A model generated the notes under the pieces. The model made no database searches. It worked only from the letters and a program-made list of their open reading frames with translations, and was not told where the DNA came from. A stretch of DNA of 64,000 nt from Chrysomallon squamiferum (Eukaryota; Animalia; Mollusca), in the NCBI GenBank assembly GCA_012295275.1, contig CM022678.1, positions 10,168,001 through 10,232,000 on the forward strand. The letters are read 5' to 3'. This document shows, in pieces, positions 14,422-27,053 of the stretch; position 1 is the stretch's first letter, and each line of letters begins with the position of its first letter. The translations under genes and the position numbers were made by a program.

Positions 14422-14738
14422 TGTTTTTCTCTTTCCCTTTCTAGCTCTCTCTCTCTTACTATCTTTCTCTTTCTCTCTCTCCTCTAATAAACATTAGCTC
14501 ATACTCAAGAATCAAAATTTTTCATTATATTTTTAAAATTTATTAACTTTCTTTTTTATTTATTTATTTATTTATTTATACTGGTTTTATTCATATAAAT
14601 GTTTATTTCTCTATAATTTCAGAGCTTCTGATATTTATTATTTTTTTTTTTTTTTTTATTTTGTAAATTTTTTTTTTTTTTTTCAGAGCTAAGTGTAGTC
14701 TCCACTGATACGAAACTCCTGTCATCAACTCTAGTAGA

Positions 14739-15500
14739 AAACACTGGACTCACAGAACTAGATCTGTCTAGTAATGGATTATCTGATAAAACTGCTAAAC
14801 ACTGGACTCACAGAACTAGATCTGTCGTGTAATGGATTATCTGATAAAACTGATCTCACTAAACAGTGGACTCACAGAACTAGATCTGTCTAGTAATGGA
14901 TTATCTGATAAAACTGCTCTTGCTAAACACTGGACTCACAGAACTAGATCTGTCGTGTAATGGATTATCTGATAAAACTGCTCTCACTAAACACTGGACT
15001 CACAGAACTAGATCTGTCTAGTAATGGATTATCTGACAAATCTGCTCTCACTAAACACTGGACTCACAGAAATAGATCTGTCTAGTAATGGATTATCTGA
15101 CAAAACTGCTCTCACTAAACACTGGACTCACAGAACTAGATCTGTCTAGTAATGGATTATCTGATAAAACTGCTCTCACTAAACACTGGACTCACAGAAC
15201 TAGATCTGTCTAGTAATGGATTATCTGATAAAACTGCTCTCACTAAACACTGGACTCACAGAACTAGATCTGTCTAGTAATGGATTAGCTGATAAAACTG
15301 CTCTTGCTAAACACTGGACTCACAGAACTAGATCTGTCTGGTAATGGATTATCTGATAAAACTGCTCTCACTAAACACTGGACTCACAGAAATAGATCTG
15401 TCTAGTAATGGATTATCTGATAAAAATGCTCTTGCTAAACACTGGACTCACAGAAATAGATCTGTCTAGTAATGGATTATCTGATAAAACTGCTCTTGCT
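14739..15500 (+). repeat. 64-bp minisatellite (12 copies) inside an LRR exon
   Basis: Unit AAACACTGGACTCACAGAACTAGATCTGTCTAGTAATGGATTATCTGATAAAACTGCTCTCACT starting at 14739, 14797, 14861, 14925, 14989, 15053, 15117, 15181, 15245, 15309, 15373 and ~15436. Confidence 0.95.
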
Positions 15501-15649
15501 AAAGGACTGGCTGCTGCTTTAAAGGTGAGAGAAAGTTTCACAACTTAAACAATTTACTGTTCAGATGAAAAGTTTAATAGTAAATATTGGTGAAATGTAG
15601 TACTTTAGTTGTTATACAGCATTTGTATTATTAACAGAATACATCTATT

Positions 15650-16044
15650 TGTGTGTGTGTGTGTGTGTGTGTGTGAGTCAATGTATATGTGAAGTTGTGT
15701 GTTGTGTGAGTGTGTGTGTGTGTGTGAGTGTGTATGTGTGTTAATGTATATGTGAAGTTGTGTGTTGTGTGGGTGTGTGTGTGCGTGTGTTAATGTATAT
15801 GTGAAATTGTGTGTGTGTGTGGGTGGGTGTGTGTGAGTTAATGTATATGTGAAGTTGTGTGTTGTGCGGGTGTGTGTGTGCGTGTGTTAATGTATATGTG
15901 AAATTGTGTGTGTGTGTGGGTGTGTGTGTGAGTTGATGTATATGTGAAGTTGTGTGTTGTGTGGGTGTGTGTGTGTGTGTGTGAGTGTGTATGTGTGTTA
16001 ATGTATATGTGAAGTTGTGTGTTGTGTGGGTGTGTGTGTGTGTG

Positions 16045-16075
<31 letters not shown>

Positions 16076-16092
16076 GTGTGGGTGTGTGTGTT
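15650..16092. repeat. GT-rich compound minisatellite
   Basis: Repeated AATGTATATGTGAAGTTGTGTGTTGTG cores separated by (GT)n. Confidence 0.9.
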
Positions 16093-16538
16093 CTTACATG
16101 GATATATTCCTGTATAGTCTGTCATCATATATCTTTCTCTGTGTATGTATATAAAATTTTAATATTAGTTTAATTTCATTATTTATCTTTATTAACAGAA
16201 GCCAGGGTGTGTGTTATTGTCTGTATGTGTCAGTCAGTGTAATATGAGTGATGTTGGTCTAAAGATTTGTGTACTGCAGTCACAGAAAATTCTTCTCACT
16301 GAACTTAACATCAGTTGGGTGTGTCAGTAACTAGTCAATCAGATCTCAGCCTGATTAACCAATCAGACTACAGATAGAGATTAACCAATGAAACCACAGA
16401 ATGATTAACCAACCAATCTTCAGAAAGAGATCAGCCAATCAGAATTATTTAGCTCAATATTATTTTTGTACACACTATGCTTATTTTAATGACTGACATT
16501 AAATTATTTTCTGCTAACTTACATTCTACACATTGTGA

Positions 16539-16595
<57 letters not shown>

Positions 16596-16752
16596 TGTTT
16601 TTATTACCAGCTGTGATCACTTAATCTTGTATTCAGTTTCTGTCTGCTGCTTTCAATCATCCAAGATGACAGCTTTTTATCTGAATGATGCAAAACCTAA
16701 CAACCAAACACTTACTGTTGATGGTAAATTTAGTTTTGTAATATATATTATT

Positions 16753-16830
<78 letters not shown>

Positions 16831-17584
16831 ATCTTATACACACATACACACGTGTATTTCATTCTAGATTTGACAAATTTGTCATTATTATATTTTTTCT
16901 ACTTTCTTTTTCCATTTCTGCTGATAGTTAAGATATAGTTACAAGGTTTGTTAATACTGTTTTTCATTTATTTCAGATATTCCAGATTCCAAATCAGTCA
17001 CAAGTTCTCTACAGGAATTAAGACTGAACTCCAGTTGTTTAACCAACCAGCTCTTTGAGTTTCCATGGAAAACTCCTGTCTTTGAAAGATGTGGACATTG
17101 GAAATTGTTCTGATCTTTCTGTATCTGTCATTGACGATTTAGTTAAACTTACTTTTAATGCATATAAATATTTATTTTTTGTTATATATTTGTAGTTGTA
17201 TTAATTATTATGTATTTGTTATTAAGTATTAAAATATGTATAAACTGCTTGTTTCCTTTTTGTTTTTGTTCTCATGTTCTCATGTTCTATCTCTGAGTCT
17301 GTCGTTCAGCCTTTTATAATTAATTTTGTAAGTTTAGCTTTATGTATATTTATGTTCCTGAGAGTGAGGAAGTGTGAGTATATATACTGATAATTGCTAT
17401 GCTAATAATAGTATATGTCTGTTTGTGTGTGTGTGCATTTGTGTGTGTCAGTGGTGTATATCAGCAATAGTGATAATTGCTACTATTCAGATAATAGTGT
17501 GTGTGTGTGTGTGTGTGTGTGAGCAAATATTTCGTTATCAGTTTATGTTTTTAAATGCCTGTTTTATTTAAATTTACAATATTA

Positions 17585-19140
17585 GTCAGAATAAACTAAC
17601 AGCATATCTGAAGCACTACGTCAGCATGGAGTAACTCCAAGACAGAACAAATGTGGTGAGAGAAAATTCAATTCCAGTTTCTGCAGCATTTTGCAGAGGA
17701 CCATGCACTCATGGCCGAGTACAGGATTCAAGAGAAGTGATGTCAACACACTCCACACATCTGAGACGAAGGCTTCACTTTGAGTCATTACAGACAATTT
17801 GCTATTGCACGAGGTAAGTTGATTGTGTCTTCACACAAAAGATTCTTCACAAGGATGTGTGCAACCAAATAAATTATAACTATTGATAATGCTACTTTTT
17901 TCTTTCTTACTGTTCATTAATATTTGTTCCCCTCCTTGGTCCTTAGAACATTCTTTTTATTATGCAAAATATGACCATATTGCCACTGTGTCTTGTTTTA
18001 ATGAATTTGTTTTATTTTTAATACTACATAGTTATTTGAATGAATAGATTGGTATATTTGTGGTATATTTATTTTGTATACCTGTGTAAGGTTGTATAGA
18101 TATTTTTATTTATGTATAGATGAATATACATGTTGATGTATGTATATAATTTAACATGTATACATGTTTGTTGTAAAGAAAAGATTAAACACCCCCAACC
18201 TTTACTTCACTTCTGTATCTGGAGATAAATTAAAACAAACAATAAATTATAATTTATAGGAAAGGTTCTTGAAACAGTACACTAATTCAAATAATCGTGC
18301 ATACTTTTATATTTTTACTTAATTTTTAAGTTTTAAAGTTATTGATATTGTTGTTCTTGATATTAAATTATTTAGAAATTGTTACTTGAAATAATTTTAA
18401 CAATTTGCATTCATCGTTTTAATACTTATTTATTTATGTTGCTTTTTTTTTTTAGCTCATTGTGCCATAGGGAAATCCTCCTTTATTAATCTATGGAAGC
18501 TGCATGTTCCCTTCATAGTTGTTGGATGCCCTAGGACAGATCTGTGATGGCAGTCTAATATGGAAATTTCTTTACTATATCATTTTCTACAGAAGTTTGG
18601 CCTGGGAGAAATGAAAGTGAACTTACTTTGTGACAATTGTAGCGGACAAAATAAGAGTCAATTTATGTTGTGGTATGCTTGGAAGGTTTTGATTGGACTC
18701 CATACAGAAATAACACTTAATTTTATGCCTGCTGGCCATACCAAGTTTGCACCAGACTGGCGTTTTGGTTTAGTAAAGCGGAAGTTCAAATGTTCAGAAG
18801 TGGATTGCCTTGCTGATTTGTGTCAAGTTGTTGAATCCAGCACAACAAAGGAAATCAACCAAATTGTAGATTCTGAAACCAGAGATGTGCATGTGACAGT
18901 ATATGACTGCAGGTGTACTTTGATGGGTGGTTTCATCCTCTTAAAGGAATGAAGTCAATTCAGCATTTCCTTTTTCTGCAGTGATAAACCAGGCATTGTA
19001 TGTTATAAGCAAAGCATTATGATGCAGATTCCCAGTTTGAGATTGTTTTTGGAGCAGAGTTAATGAAGGCACAACTAACAGGACTTCCAGAACCTATGCA
19101 CCTGTCCTGGGATTCCAGCTCGCTGACAGGAATACCTTCA
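17585..19140 (+). mobile_element. Decayed intron-containing Sola-like DNA transposase
   Basis: HGVTPR, QFLQHFAEDHAL, GFKRSDV, intron 17814-18455, FINLWKLHVPFIVVGCPRTDL, then LYHFLQKFGLGE..LLCDNCSGQNKSQF..FMPAGHTKFAPDWRFGLVK (DNCxGQNK / GHT motifs). Confidence 0.7.
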
Positions 19141-19790
19141 CCACAGCTACATTAACACTAACTTGAAACTGTTGGTAAAAATATTATTTTCAAATTACAC
19201 CTTTGAATATGACAATTCTATATACTGCATATAAATAACACTCCATTATTACTAATTGATTTATATCTCTCTCGATAATTCAAGCTTTCATAGCGGGAGA
19301 ATAATAATTATTAAGGTGTTTACAACATAAATATATAAAGGACTTTCCAGGCATTTTATGCAAGCTTTCAAGTATTTTCAGGGCATATTTCTATCAAATT
19401 ATGAACAAATTATTTGCTGTAAAAAAAACTACTTATTAATGGCTAGATTTCTTTTTCATTTTTTTTCTTCTTCTTCTTATTAATGTTTACATAATAACAG
19501 ACCACTACTGAATTCATTTTTAATTTTTATTATTTTAGTGTATTGTATGAAAGCAATTTACAGTAATTAAATATTAGAAAACATTCTGTTTTTAAATTGG
19601 TCACCTATTGTCATGATCCATACATATATACATGTTACCCTTAAAATAAAATAGTTCGTGTTTTTTTTCTAATATAAAGGAAGTAGCCTATCATTGATAT
19701 TCAAGGTCTTATTAGAGAAATTTAAATATAACAATTTGTAAAAAGAAATTGAAAGGCAAGGAATGTTTTTAACTGGTACCAGTGGGTGCA

Positions 19791-19970
19791 GCATGGTGCG
19801 ATCTGTTCAAAGCTTGGTGTGATCTGTTCAAAGCATGGTGTGATCTGTTCAAAGCTTGGTGTGGTCTGTTCAAAGCATGGTGTGATCTGTTCAAAGCTTG
19901 GTGTGGTCTGTTCAAAGCTTGGTGTGGTCTGTTCAAAGCATGGTGTGGTCTGTTCAAAGCTTGGTGTGGC
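19791..19970. repeat. 21-bp tandem repeat, ~8.5 copies
   Basis: GC(A/T)TGGTGTG(A/G)TCTGTTCAAA units. Confidence 0.95.
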
Positions 19971-21758
19971 TCCATTCTTTAACTGCCTAGGAACATTTCT
20001 ATAATAACTGATCTAGTTGGTCCTTTTTAGTTGTTTGTTCTTTTGTTTGTAGATGCACTAAAAAGGTGCATTTTTACTTATTTTAAATAAAATATTTTGT
20101 TTTTAACTGGCATAAAATAATTTATAATTAGTTTTATGTGTGCTTATCCAGTATATAGAGTAATTACTTGTAATACAATCTTGCTCTTTCTAGACAAGAT
20201 GCAGAAGTGAAATAGTCCTGACACAGATGTTGGGTGGATCAGGATGTACCACCCTGCAACTTTCTGCTTCTCTGGTAAGACTGCTAAATTAATGATTTGT
20301 TTTTTCTTAAAGTTTGTAACTTTCATGTTAATAAAGTGAAGAATACAAATTACCATAAGTTTTGTCTTCATAACATATAACAAAAAAACAAATAATAAAA
20401 AGATCAGGAGAGTTGAGTGATATACATCTTCAGAATGATCAGGGGTGAACTGATGATTAAAATAAGTATACACTTTAAAAGTTTCTTTTCAATATAACAA
20501 TGTTTGTGAGTGGAAGAACATAATGTTGATGAATAAAGAAACTTAGTAATTTGTAAGAAGTAGTAGAAAATGTTTAAGACCACCCCTGTTCTTGCTTTTT
20601 CTTAGAAACTAAAAAAAATAAATTGATAATTAAAATTAGAAAATGGCATTTACAGGTTGATAATTATCATACTACTCTATACTTTTAAAGTTATTTAAGA
20701 TGGCAGTTGTAGTTAGTACATTTTATTTCTTCAATAAATTTACATTGTTCTGAAAATGGTTTTTTCTTATTAATTTTATATTAGGGTTTATTAATCATTT
20801 TAGGAATAACAATATAGTTATTTAAATATACTAATTCATTTTGTATTCATGCTTAAGTCAAATGTGTTCAACTGCATTTATATTTTATCTTTGAGAAATT
20901 ATAAGAACATTTTCGGGATTTCTTCTGATTAAATTAACAATTAATTAAATTCAAATATTTACACTGTTTGTCTTCTTTGATGATGATTTTATTTTTATAT
21001 ACAGAACAGTACTGATTATTTTATATAAATGTTTCATAAAGCATGCCTATTTGCTTGATATTTTAAATGATGTTAAGTTTAGATGGAATAATGGTTTATG
21101 CACCAATAAACCTTGTCACAATTTGCATGCCAACATAATATAATAGTGAACAGCACATTTGTAATTTGCTGTTATTAATATTAGTAATCTGAAATACATA
21201 GATAACTACAGGTGAAAGGTGTTTACAATATTAAATGGATTGAAATTAAGAATATAAAAACTTTAATAACTTATTTTTATTATTAAAATTGTATGGAAAA
21301 AATTCTTCTTGCTAATAAAGTGAAATGCATTTAGAGCTGACAACAAAAATACTACTTGCACTTTATTTTATATTATTTTATTAATGAATATTATATTTGG
21401 TTGTAGGATCCTAGACAACAGAATCAAGCTGCCTCAGCCAGCACTTCAGTTGAAAATGCTGTAAGACTAATTTTCAGAAAAGGTTAATTAGAGCACCAGA
21501 ATGCTATTACATCACAGTCTTCCCTGTCCAGAGAAAGAGAAAATCTGTCTGAATGTTGTTCTTACATGTATCAAAACATGTATTTTGTGTTCCTATTTCT
21601 GAACTGTTATTAGATCTTGGTAACATTTTTTCATCTTATTACTCCAGCAGAGACTGCATTGTCAATGTGATCAGAACATCCAGTGTACACATTGTACTTC
21701 ATAGCAACTTGCACTGTTTTTATCATTGTGGTGTGCATGGTTATTCTAGTTTTTCTCG

Positions 21759-22190
21759 CTGAAAGAGGAATAGAGATTCATTATTGCTATGGAATGCCAT
21801 CTTTGTGAAGAAAAAAATTAATGTGATGTGCATAGAGGTGTTCATTTTTTTTTAATATCTAATTTTTATATTATTTAAATCGGGGATAATCCATGGTTGG
21901 CTAGGGTAATCAATGTAAAATCAAAACTGTGTAATTAGATTTGTATGGACAAAATATAAAATGATCTTATCTTCTTTTTCTTTACATTATTTAAATCGGG
22001 GGAAATCAACGGTTTGTTCGGGGTAATCAGTATAAATATAATTGAATATTATGTAATTAGGGGTGATTAGAATTTTTGCATACATATATATATATAATGT
22101 TCTTTTACATTTTTTATATTATTTAGATCAAGGGAAATAAAGAATTTGTTGGGGGTAATTAACGTAAATGTAATTAGGGATAATTAGGGA
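21759..22190 (+). repeat. Interspersed repeat with internal subrepeats, copy 1
   Basis: CTGAAAGAGGAATAGAGATTCA...GGGTAATCAATGTAAA..TAATTAG subunits; reverse-complement copy at 32400-32915. Confidence 0.8.
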
Positions 22191-24106
22191 TAAATAAAAT
22201 ATTAGAATATCTTTCATAAAGAAATATTTTTACATATTTTTATGAATTTAGATTTAAGACACATTTGTTCTTTTTAATTCGACCAGAATGTAAAATTTAC
22301 AATTTGGATCCTTTTTTATAGATCTATATTTTTGTTTAAATTATTTGTTATTTATTATTAAACCCTATTGTAATAAGACACATGATGTTTATTTACAATA
22401 ATTACTTTCTAACATTAGAGACAATTAAACACGATGGAAAAATACTTCTAACTAATTATTCTATTAAATGTTATTACTGTGTCTACAGAAAAGGCATGAT
22501 TCTGGAATCAGCTTCAGTTACAAGAATATGGAGAAGATCATAAAACTTACTTAAACAGTTGATATATCTGCTGAAATAGACTAATTATTGATTTTTCTTT
22601 CCAAAGCAGTTTCCAGACAGAGAATTTGTTGACAATATACATCAATATTGATTGATTGTTCTCCAAAAGTTAACACTGGATGATTTTTGGTTTTATCAGG
22701 AAGGGAACAAAACATTTCCACTGTAATGACTGAGGACAGTGCAAAAGCTCTGTGCAGTTCTACATTACAAATTATAAATTATTGCATAAGAAATGAAAAT
22801 ATGTGGAGCAATGATATTTTTAAATACAGAGCAGGTTTTAGAATTATGTTGTTCTCATAAAGAATATTAACACTTAACTTGAGAGCAACCTTAAGTGATT
22901 TAAAGAAATGGAGAGATGAATGACAGAGATATGAGACTGACTGTCTGATGGGAGATTAACAGGTAAAGAGATAAATAAGAAGAAACACTTAAAGAAAGAG
23001 AGAGATATTGATAGACTGATAGTTGGTTCAGTAGAAGTTAATAAATGAATTGATAGATGTAGATGAATTTGGCAGACAGGTAAAGATGACAATGGCCATC
23101 TATCTATTCTGTATATTCTTCTTTCTGTCATGTGTGTTTGTGTTCTAGGTTCAGTAGACATACAGATGTACACATAAATCATACAGGTTGTAACACAGGC
23201 ATAATTAGTTATGTATTTATGTAGTTTGACAGGAGCTGGATAGATGATTGGTGGATGGTTATTGATCTGTTGTAATGTGGATAGATAAACAGATAGGTAG
23301 GTAGGTCAGTAGTTCAGTAGGTTGATATGTAAATGTATGGAAAGATAGACATACAGCGAGACAGATAGATCAGTACTTCAGTAGATATATGTAGATATAT
23401 GTAGTTAGTCACCTAATAAACAGCAGACAAGCAGAGATAGGTGTAGGATAGTAATGTGGAAGAAGGTTTAGGTATGCATAAGTTGGAGCAGAGAATAGTA
23501 AATAGATATGTTTGGGAAGGATAATTTGCTTGTGTTTTTTGAAGAGTGTGAATATACTGAATATCTGCATTCAAACATACAGAAAAATAGGGAGATTTGA
23601 AGGTGGATATTTAGTTATGTGGACAAGGATGTTTAAATGACTGACAGATGTTATTGATGGTTACTGATGTCAGTGGATGGACAAGATAAAAGAAAATTAG
23701 ATATATAACTGTGTTAGGTATGTTGATTATGTTGATAAACTGAGAAAATGTAAAGCTAGACATACATACAGAGATGTATTATACATAGGTGATGCATACA
23801 CATAAGAAAATCCATGTGTGTGTGTGTGTGTGTTGTGCCAGTGAAGTAATAAGGATTGTGAATGAGAGTTATAAATGGACAGTAACACAGACAGATAGCT
23901 ATGTAAAGTAGTTATAATTATTTAGGGAGATAGTCAGGAAGATGAATAGGTGATTCATGGATGGCTATTGATGGAATATAATGTAGATGGATAGATAAAT
24001 GTGTGTGTGTGTATATGAGTTGTGTGTGTGTGTGTGTGTGTGTGCGTGCTCAGATGGATGTATAGATGGATGGATTGGTCAGTCCACTAAGAGTGGAACA
24101 GCTAAA

Positions 24107-24500
24107 TAGCTAAACAGACAGGCAGGTCAGTAGGTTCAATAGACAGACAGAGAGATATACAGATAGCTAAACAGACAGGCAGGTCAGTAGGTTCAATAGA
24201 CAGACAGACAGATATACGGATAGCTAAACAGACAGGCAGGTCAGTAGGCTCAATAGACAGACAGACAGATACACAGATAGCTAAACAGATAGGCAGGTCA
24301 GTAGGCTCAATAGACAGACAGACAGATACACAGATAGCTAAACAGATAGGCAGGTCAGTAGGCTCAATAGATAGACAGAAAGATATACGGATAGCTAAAC
24401 AGACAGGCAGGTCAGTAGGTTCAATAGACAGACAGACAGATATACAGATAGCTAAACAGATAGGCAGGTCAGTAGGCTCAATAGATAGACAGAAAGATAT
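24107..24500. repeat. 57-bp tandem repeat, ~7 copies
   Basis: TAGCTAAACAGACAGGCAGGTCAGTAGGTTCAATAGACAGACAGACAGATATACAGA at 24107, 24164, 24221, 24278, 24335, 24392, 24449. Confidence 0.95.
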
Positions 24501-25087
24501 GATACAGAGATAGACACATTGATCGCTTGAGAATAGATTGATATGTTAGATAGACAATAATTAGGTATATATAAATATATATATATATATTGATAGATAT
24601 ATACAGCTGTATGGTAGCAGCATTAACAATAACAGAACAAATTTTGAAAAATAAAAATAATAATAATGATATAGTTTGGAATTTAGATTTCTGTTTCATT
24701 TAGTTCGTTAAGTGTATGAGATATGCTGTTTAATTATTCAACGAAGATAACAAAAAATAATTGTAATACACAAAAATTATTCACATAATAGAAGATTGTA
24801 ACAGCGGAATAATAAAAAGATAGTTTAAGAAATAAAAACGAATAACTACTGAATTAAATATTAAGTATGATTCAAATTCGGGTCCGGACATGGGAGTGAG
24901 ATGTGTACGCATGCCCTCCTGCCCTAGGCCCCCGCGCGCCAGCTGTCTGTCCCGCCCTCACAAAAATAGAAAATTTAAAGTTTCTTGTCAGCATGTTCAT
25001 GTGTGTGAGATTCTGTTCCACAGCAAACTTTACGATTCCAGATTCATCTATGAAAGAGTGTGAAACAAAAATCAAGTAAAAAATTAT

Positions 25088-25720
25088 ATCGATTAGACTT
25101 ATCTCCCTTTAGTGATATGTGTTCACAAGCATAGATTATGTCCCTTACGTGAGATGTACTCACAAAGCAAATTAAAAATTACATCGATTAGAGTTATCTC
25201 CCTTTAGTGACATGTATTCACAAAAATAGTTTAGTTATCTTCTTTATGTGAGATGTACTCACTAAGCAAAGCAAAAATTACATCAGTTAGAGTTATCTCC
25301 CTTTAGTGATATGTGTTCACAAAGATAGGTTAGAGTTATGTCCCTTACGTGATATGTACTCACCAAGCTTTCGTACGCTAATTATCCGTACAGAATAAAT
25401 GGAACCTCCAAAAACTCTGTACGCCGAGATTCGATCCACTGTTTATATATAATATGGTCGCGTGACATAAGCCGTAACGTGTCACAAAAATGGGAGTAGT
25501 TTACTCGATTAGAGTTATCACCCTTTAGTGATATGTGTTCACAAACATATATTAGAGTTATGGCCCTTACGTAAGATGTACTTACTAAGCAAAGTAAACA
25601 TTACATCGATCAGAGTTATTTCCCTTTAGTGATATGTGTTCACAAAGATTGATTAGAATTATGTCTCTTATGCGAGATGTACTAACGAAGTTTACATACG
25701 CTAATTAATGGAACCTCCAA
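25088..25720. repeat. ~100-bp satellite-like array (5 units in two blocks), each unit carrying two AGAGTTATNTCCCTT motifs
   Basis: ATCGATTAGAGTTATCTCCCTTTAGTGATATGTGTTCACAA...TAGAGTTATGTCCCTTACGTGAGATGTACTCAC at ~25088, 25183, 25282, 25504, 25605. Confidence 0.9.
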
Positions 25721-25744
25721 TTGGCTAGTCGCCAGGTCACCAAA

Positions 25745-25826
25745 TGTGACCAAAGTTCCGTTTAGACGACTGGGGGTGTTAAAAATACTATGGAATAGTA
25801 GCGCAAAAAAAAAAAAAAAAAAAAAA

Positions 25827-25857
<31 letters not shown>

Positions 25858-25920
25858 TTTTCTATAAGTTATAACACAAGAGCCACAGATAATAATTTTA
25901 TCGAAAATATTTATTTCACT
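25745..25920. repeat. Dispersed anchor repeat, copy 2
   Basis: GTGACCAAAGTTCCGTTT..GACTGGG...TTTTCTATAAGTTATAACACAAG...AAATATTTATTTCA, matching 1594-1705. Confidence 0.8.
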
Positions 25921-26199
25921 AAGACTGCTATTGCAGAGGGTAAGGATTCATTTGAATAATGTGTAATTTTTGTAACAGATTAAGTGATATTTATTGGAAT
26001 CTGTTCTGGGATATATTTAAAGGAGTAAATATAATTTTAAGGATATTGCATCAATTCTTAGATTAACTGATTTTATACTGTATTTTCTTTTTTTTTAATT
26101 TAATTGGGATATTTTAGGTTATGTTTTTGAATTTATTTAATCAAACATTTGTGTTTATTTATTTGTTTGAATTAAAGTTTGGCTCTCAGTTTTTCAGTT

Positions 26200-26470
26200 G
26201 CTATCAAGATGTTTTTAAGTGTAAATTCAATTTTTAATTCGTTGAATGTGTCATATAGAGTTAGGTGGTCACTGTGAAAATTTGATCAGAGAAATAAGTA
26301 TGCTTCATAGCTTCAGAAATTCCACAGCTACAGTTTGGTGTTGTGTTTATTTTGTGTTTGAATTTGATTGTGTTTAGATTGGTGGAGTAGCTGATTCTGA
26401 GTTTGGTAATGTTGTTGTTTTTGTCAGTCACTGAATGATTGATAAAAATTTGACCATTCATGAATTTTTT
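26200..26470 (-). mobile_element. Old non-LTR retrotransposon 3' remnant
   Basis: TKLRI..TNLN..KFKHKINTTPNCSCGISEAMKH resembles the RL..S.LN...SP.C.CG..E...H C-terminal motif of LINE ORF2. Confidence 0.45.
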
Positions 26471-26958
26471 CTTTTACTCTTTAAAATTTAACATGTTTTT
26501 AATGTAAAATGAATTTTATATTCAAGTCTGTAGTCAACACTAAATAATTTCTTCTATATATTATTCACTAAATATTATTTAAGTTAAAAAGCTATATAAC
26601 TATTTCACGTGAATAAAATATTATAAAATGTATTAACTTTTACCTAGTAACAAAATAATAATAATAATAATAATAATAATAAACACATTCACAAAACACA
26701 TGCACACACACTGACACACACAAACACCCACCCAAGGTAAAAGTGCTTTACCATATTAACTGTAAACATTTATTTTAAACACAGATAATAAATTCTTCTC
26801 ATTTTCCTTTTTTTTCATTAATTGATTTTAATTTATTTTTTATTTATATTTTGTTTTACTTTACTTACTTATAATGTTATTATGCTATTGTTATTAATAT
26901 TATTATTATTATTACTTTTTAGTTTGTCTGTTTATTGTTATTTTCATTTTCTTTTCAG

Positions 26959-27053
26959 GCCAAATTAAAATCATTTTTGACATGGATATTGCAGAAGCAT
27001 ATGGAGAAAATGTTCCAAATGAATTTAAAGAACCTTTTTTCATGAAAAATCAG
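26959..27053 (+). pseudogene. CAMSAP: Isolated CAMSAP/Patronin N-terminal exon
   Basis: AKLKSFLTWILQK/AYGENVPNEFKEPF resembles CAMSAP AKIAANLQWICAKAYGRDNIPEDLRDPF and Patronin SVKWLLSKAFNNRVPDNLLEPF; frameshift, and donor mutated to ATGAGT. Confidence 0.82.

Larger units (their letters stand above)
12851..17153 (+). pseudogene. RI-like leucine-rich-repeat pseudogene, copy A (exons 12851-12976, ~14160-14295, 14687-15524, 16199-16318, 16977-17153)
   Basis: VLNLSGNSFGIQAFRAVCLAMCSNTTVIFLSL; LEYLDVSTNSVGNDYFSHCVSPALKENKTLKSL; NTGLTELDLSSNGLSDKT; VSQCNMSDVGLK..LTELNIS (LxxLxLxxNxL); frameshifts. Confidence 0.8.

Noticed and set aside
14739-15500. Regular array as CRISPR
   Set aside because: Whole units repeat with no unique spacers; the unit is LRR-coding exon sequence in a eukaryotic context.
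19769-20004. Three overlapping repetitive ORFs
   Set aside because: Artefacts of a stop-free 21-bp tandem repeat.
21600-21745. Possible hAT transposase fragment (GCSDH) on the minus strand
   Set aside because: Too short and weak to support.
25088-25720. Repeat-spacer-like array as CRISPR
   Set aside because: Intervening segments are themselves repeated, and no cas genes are present.
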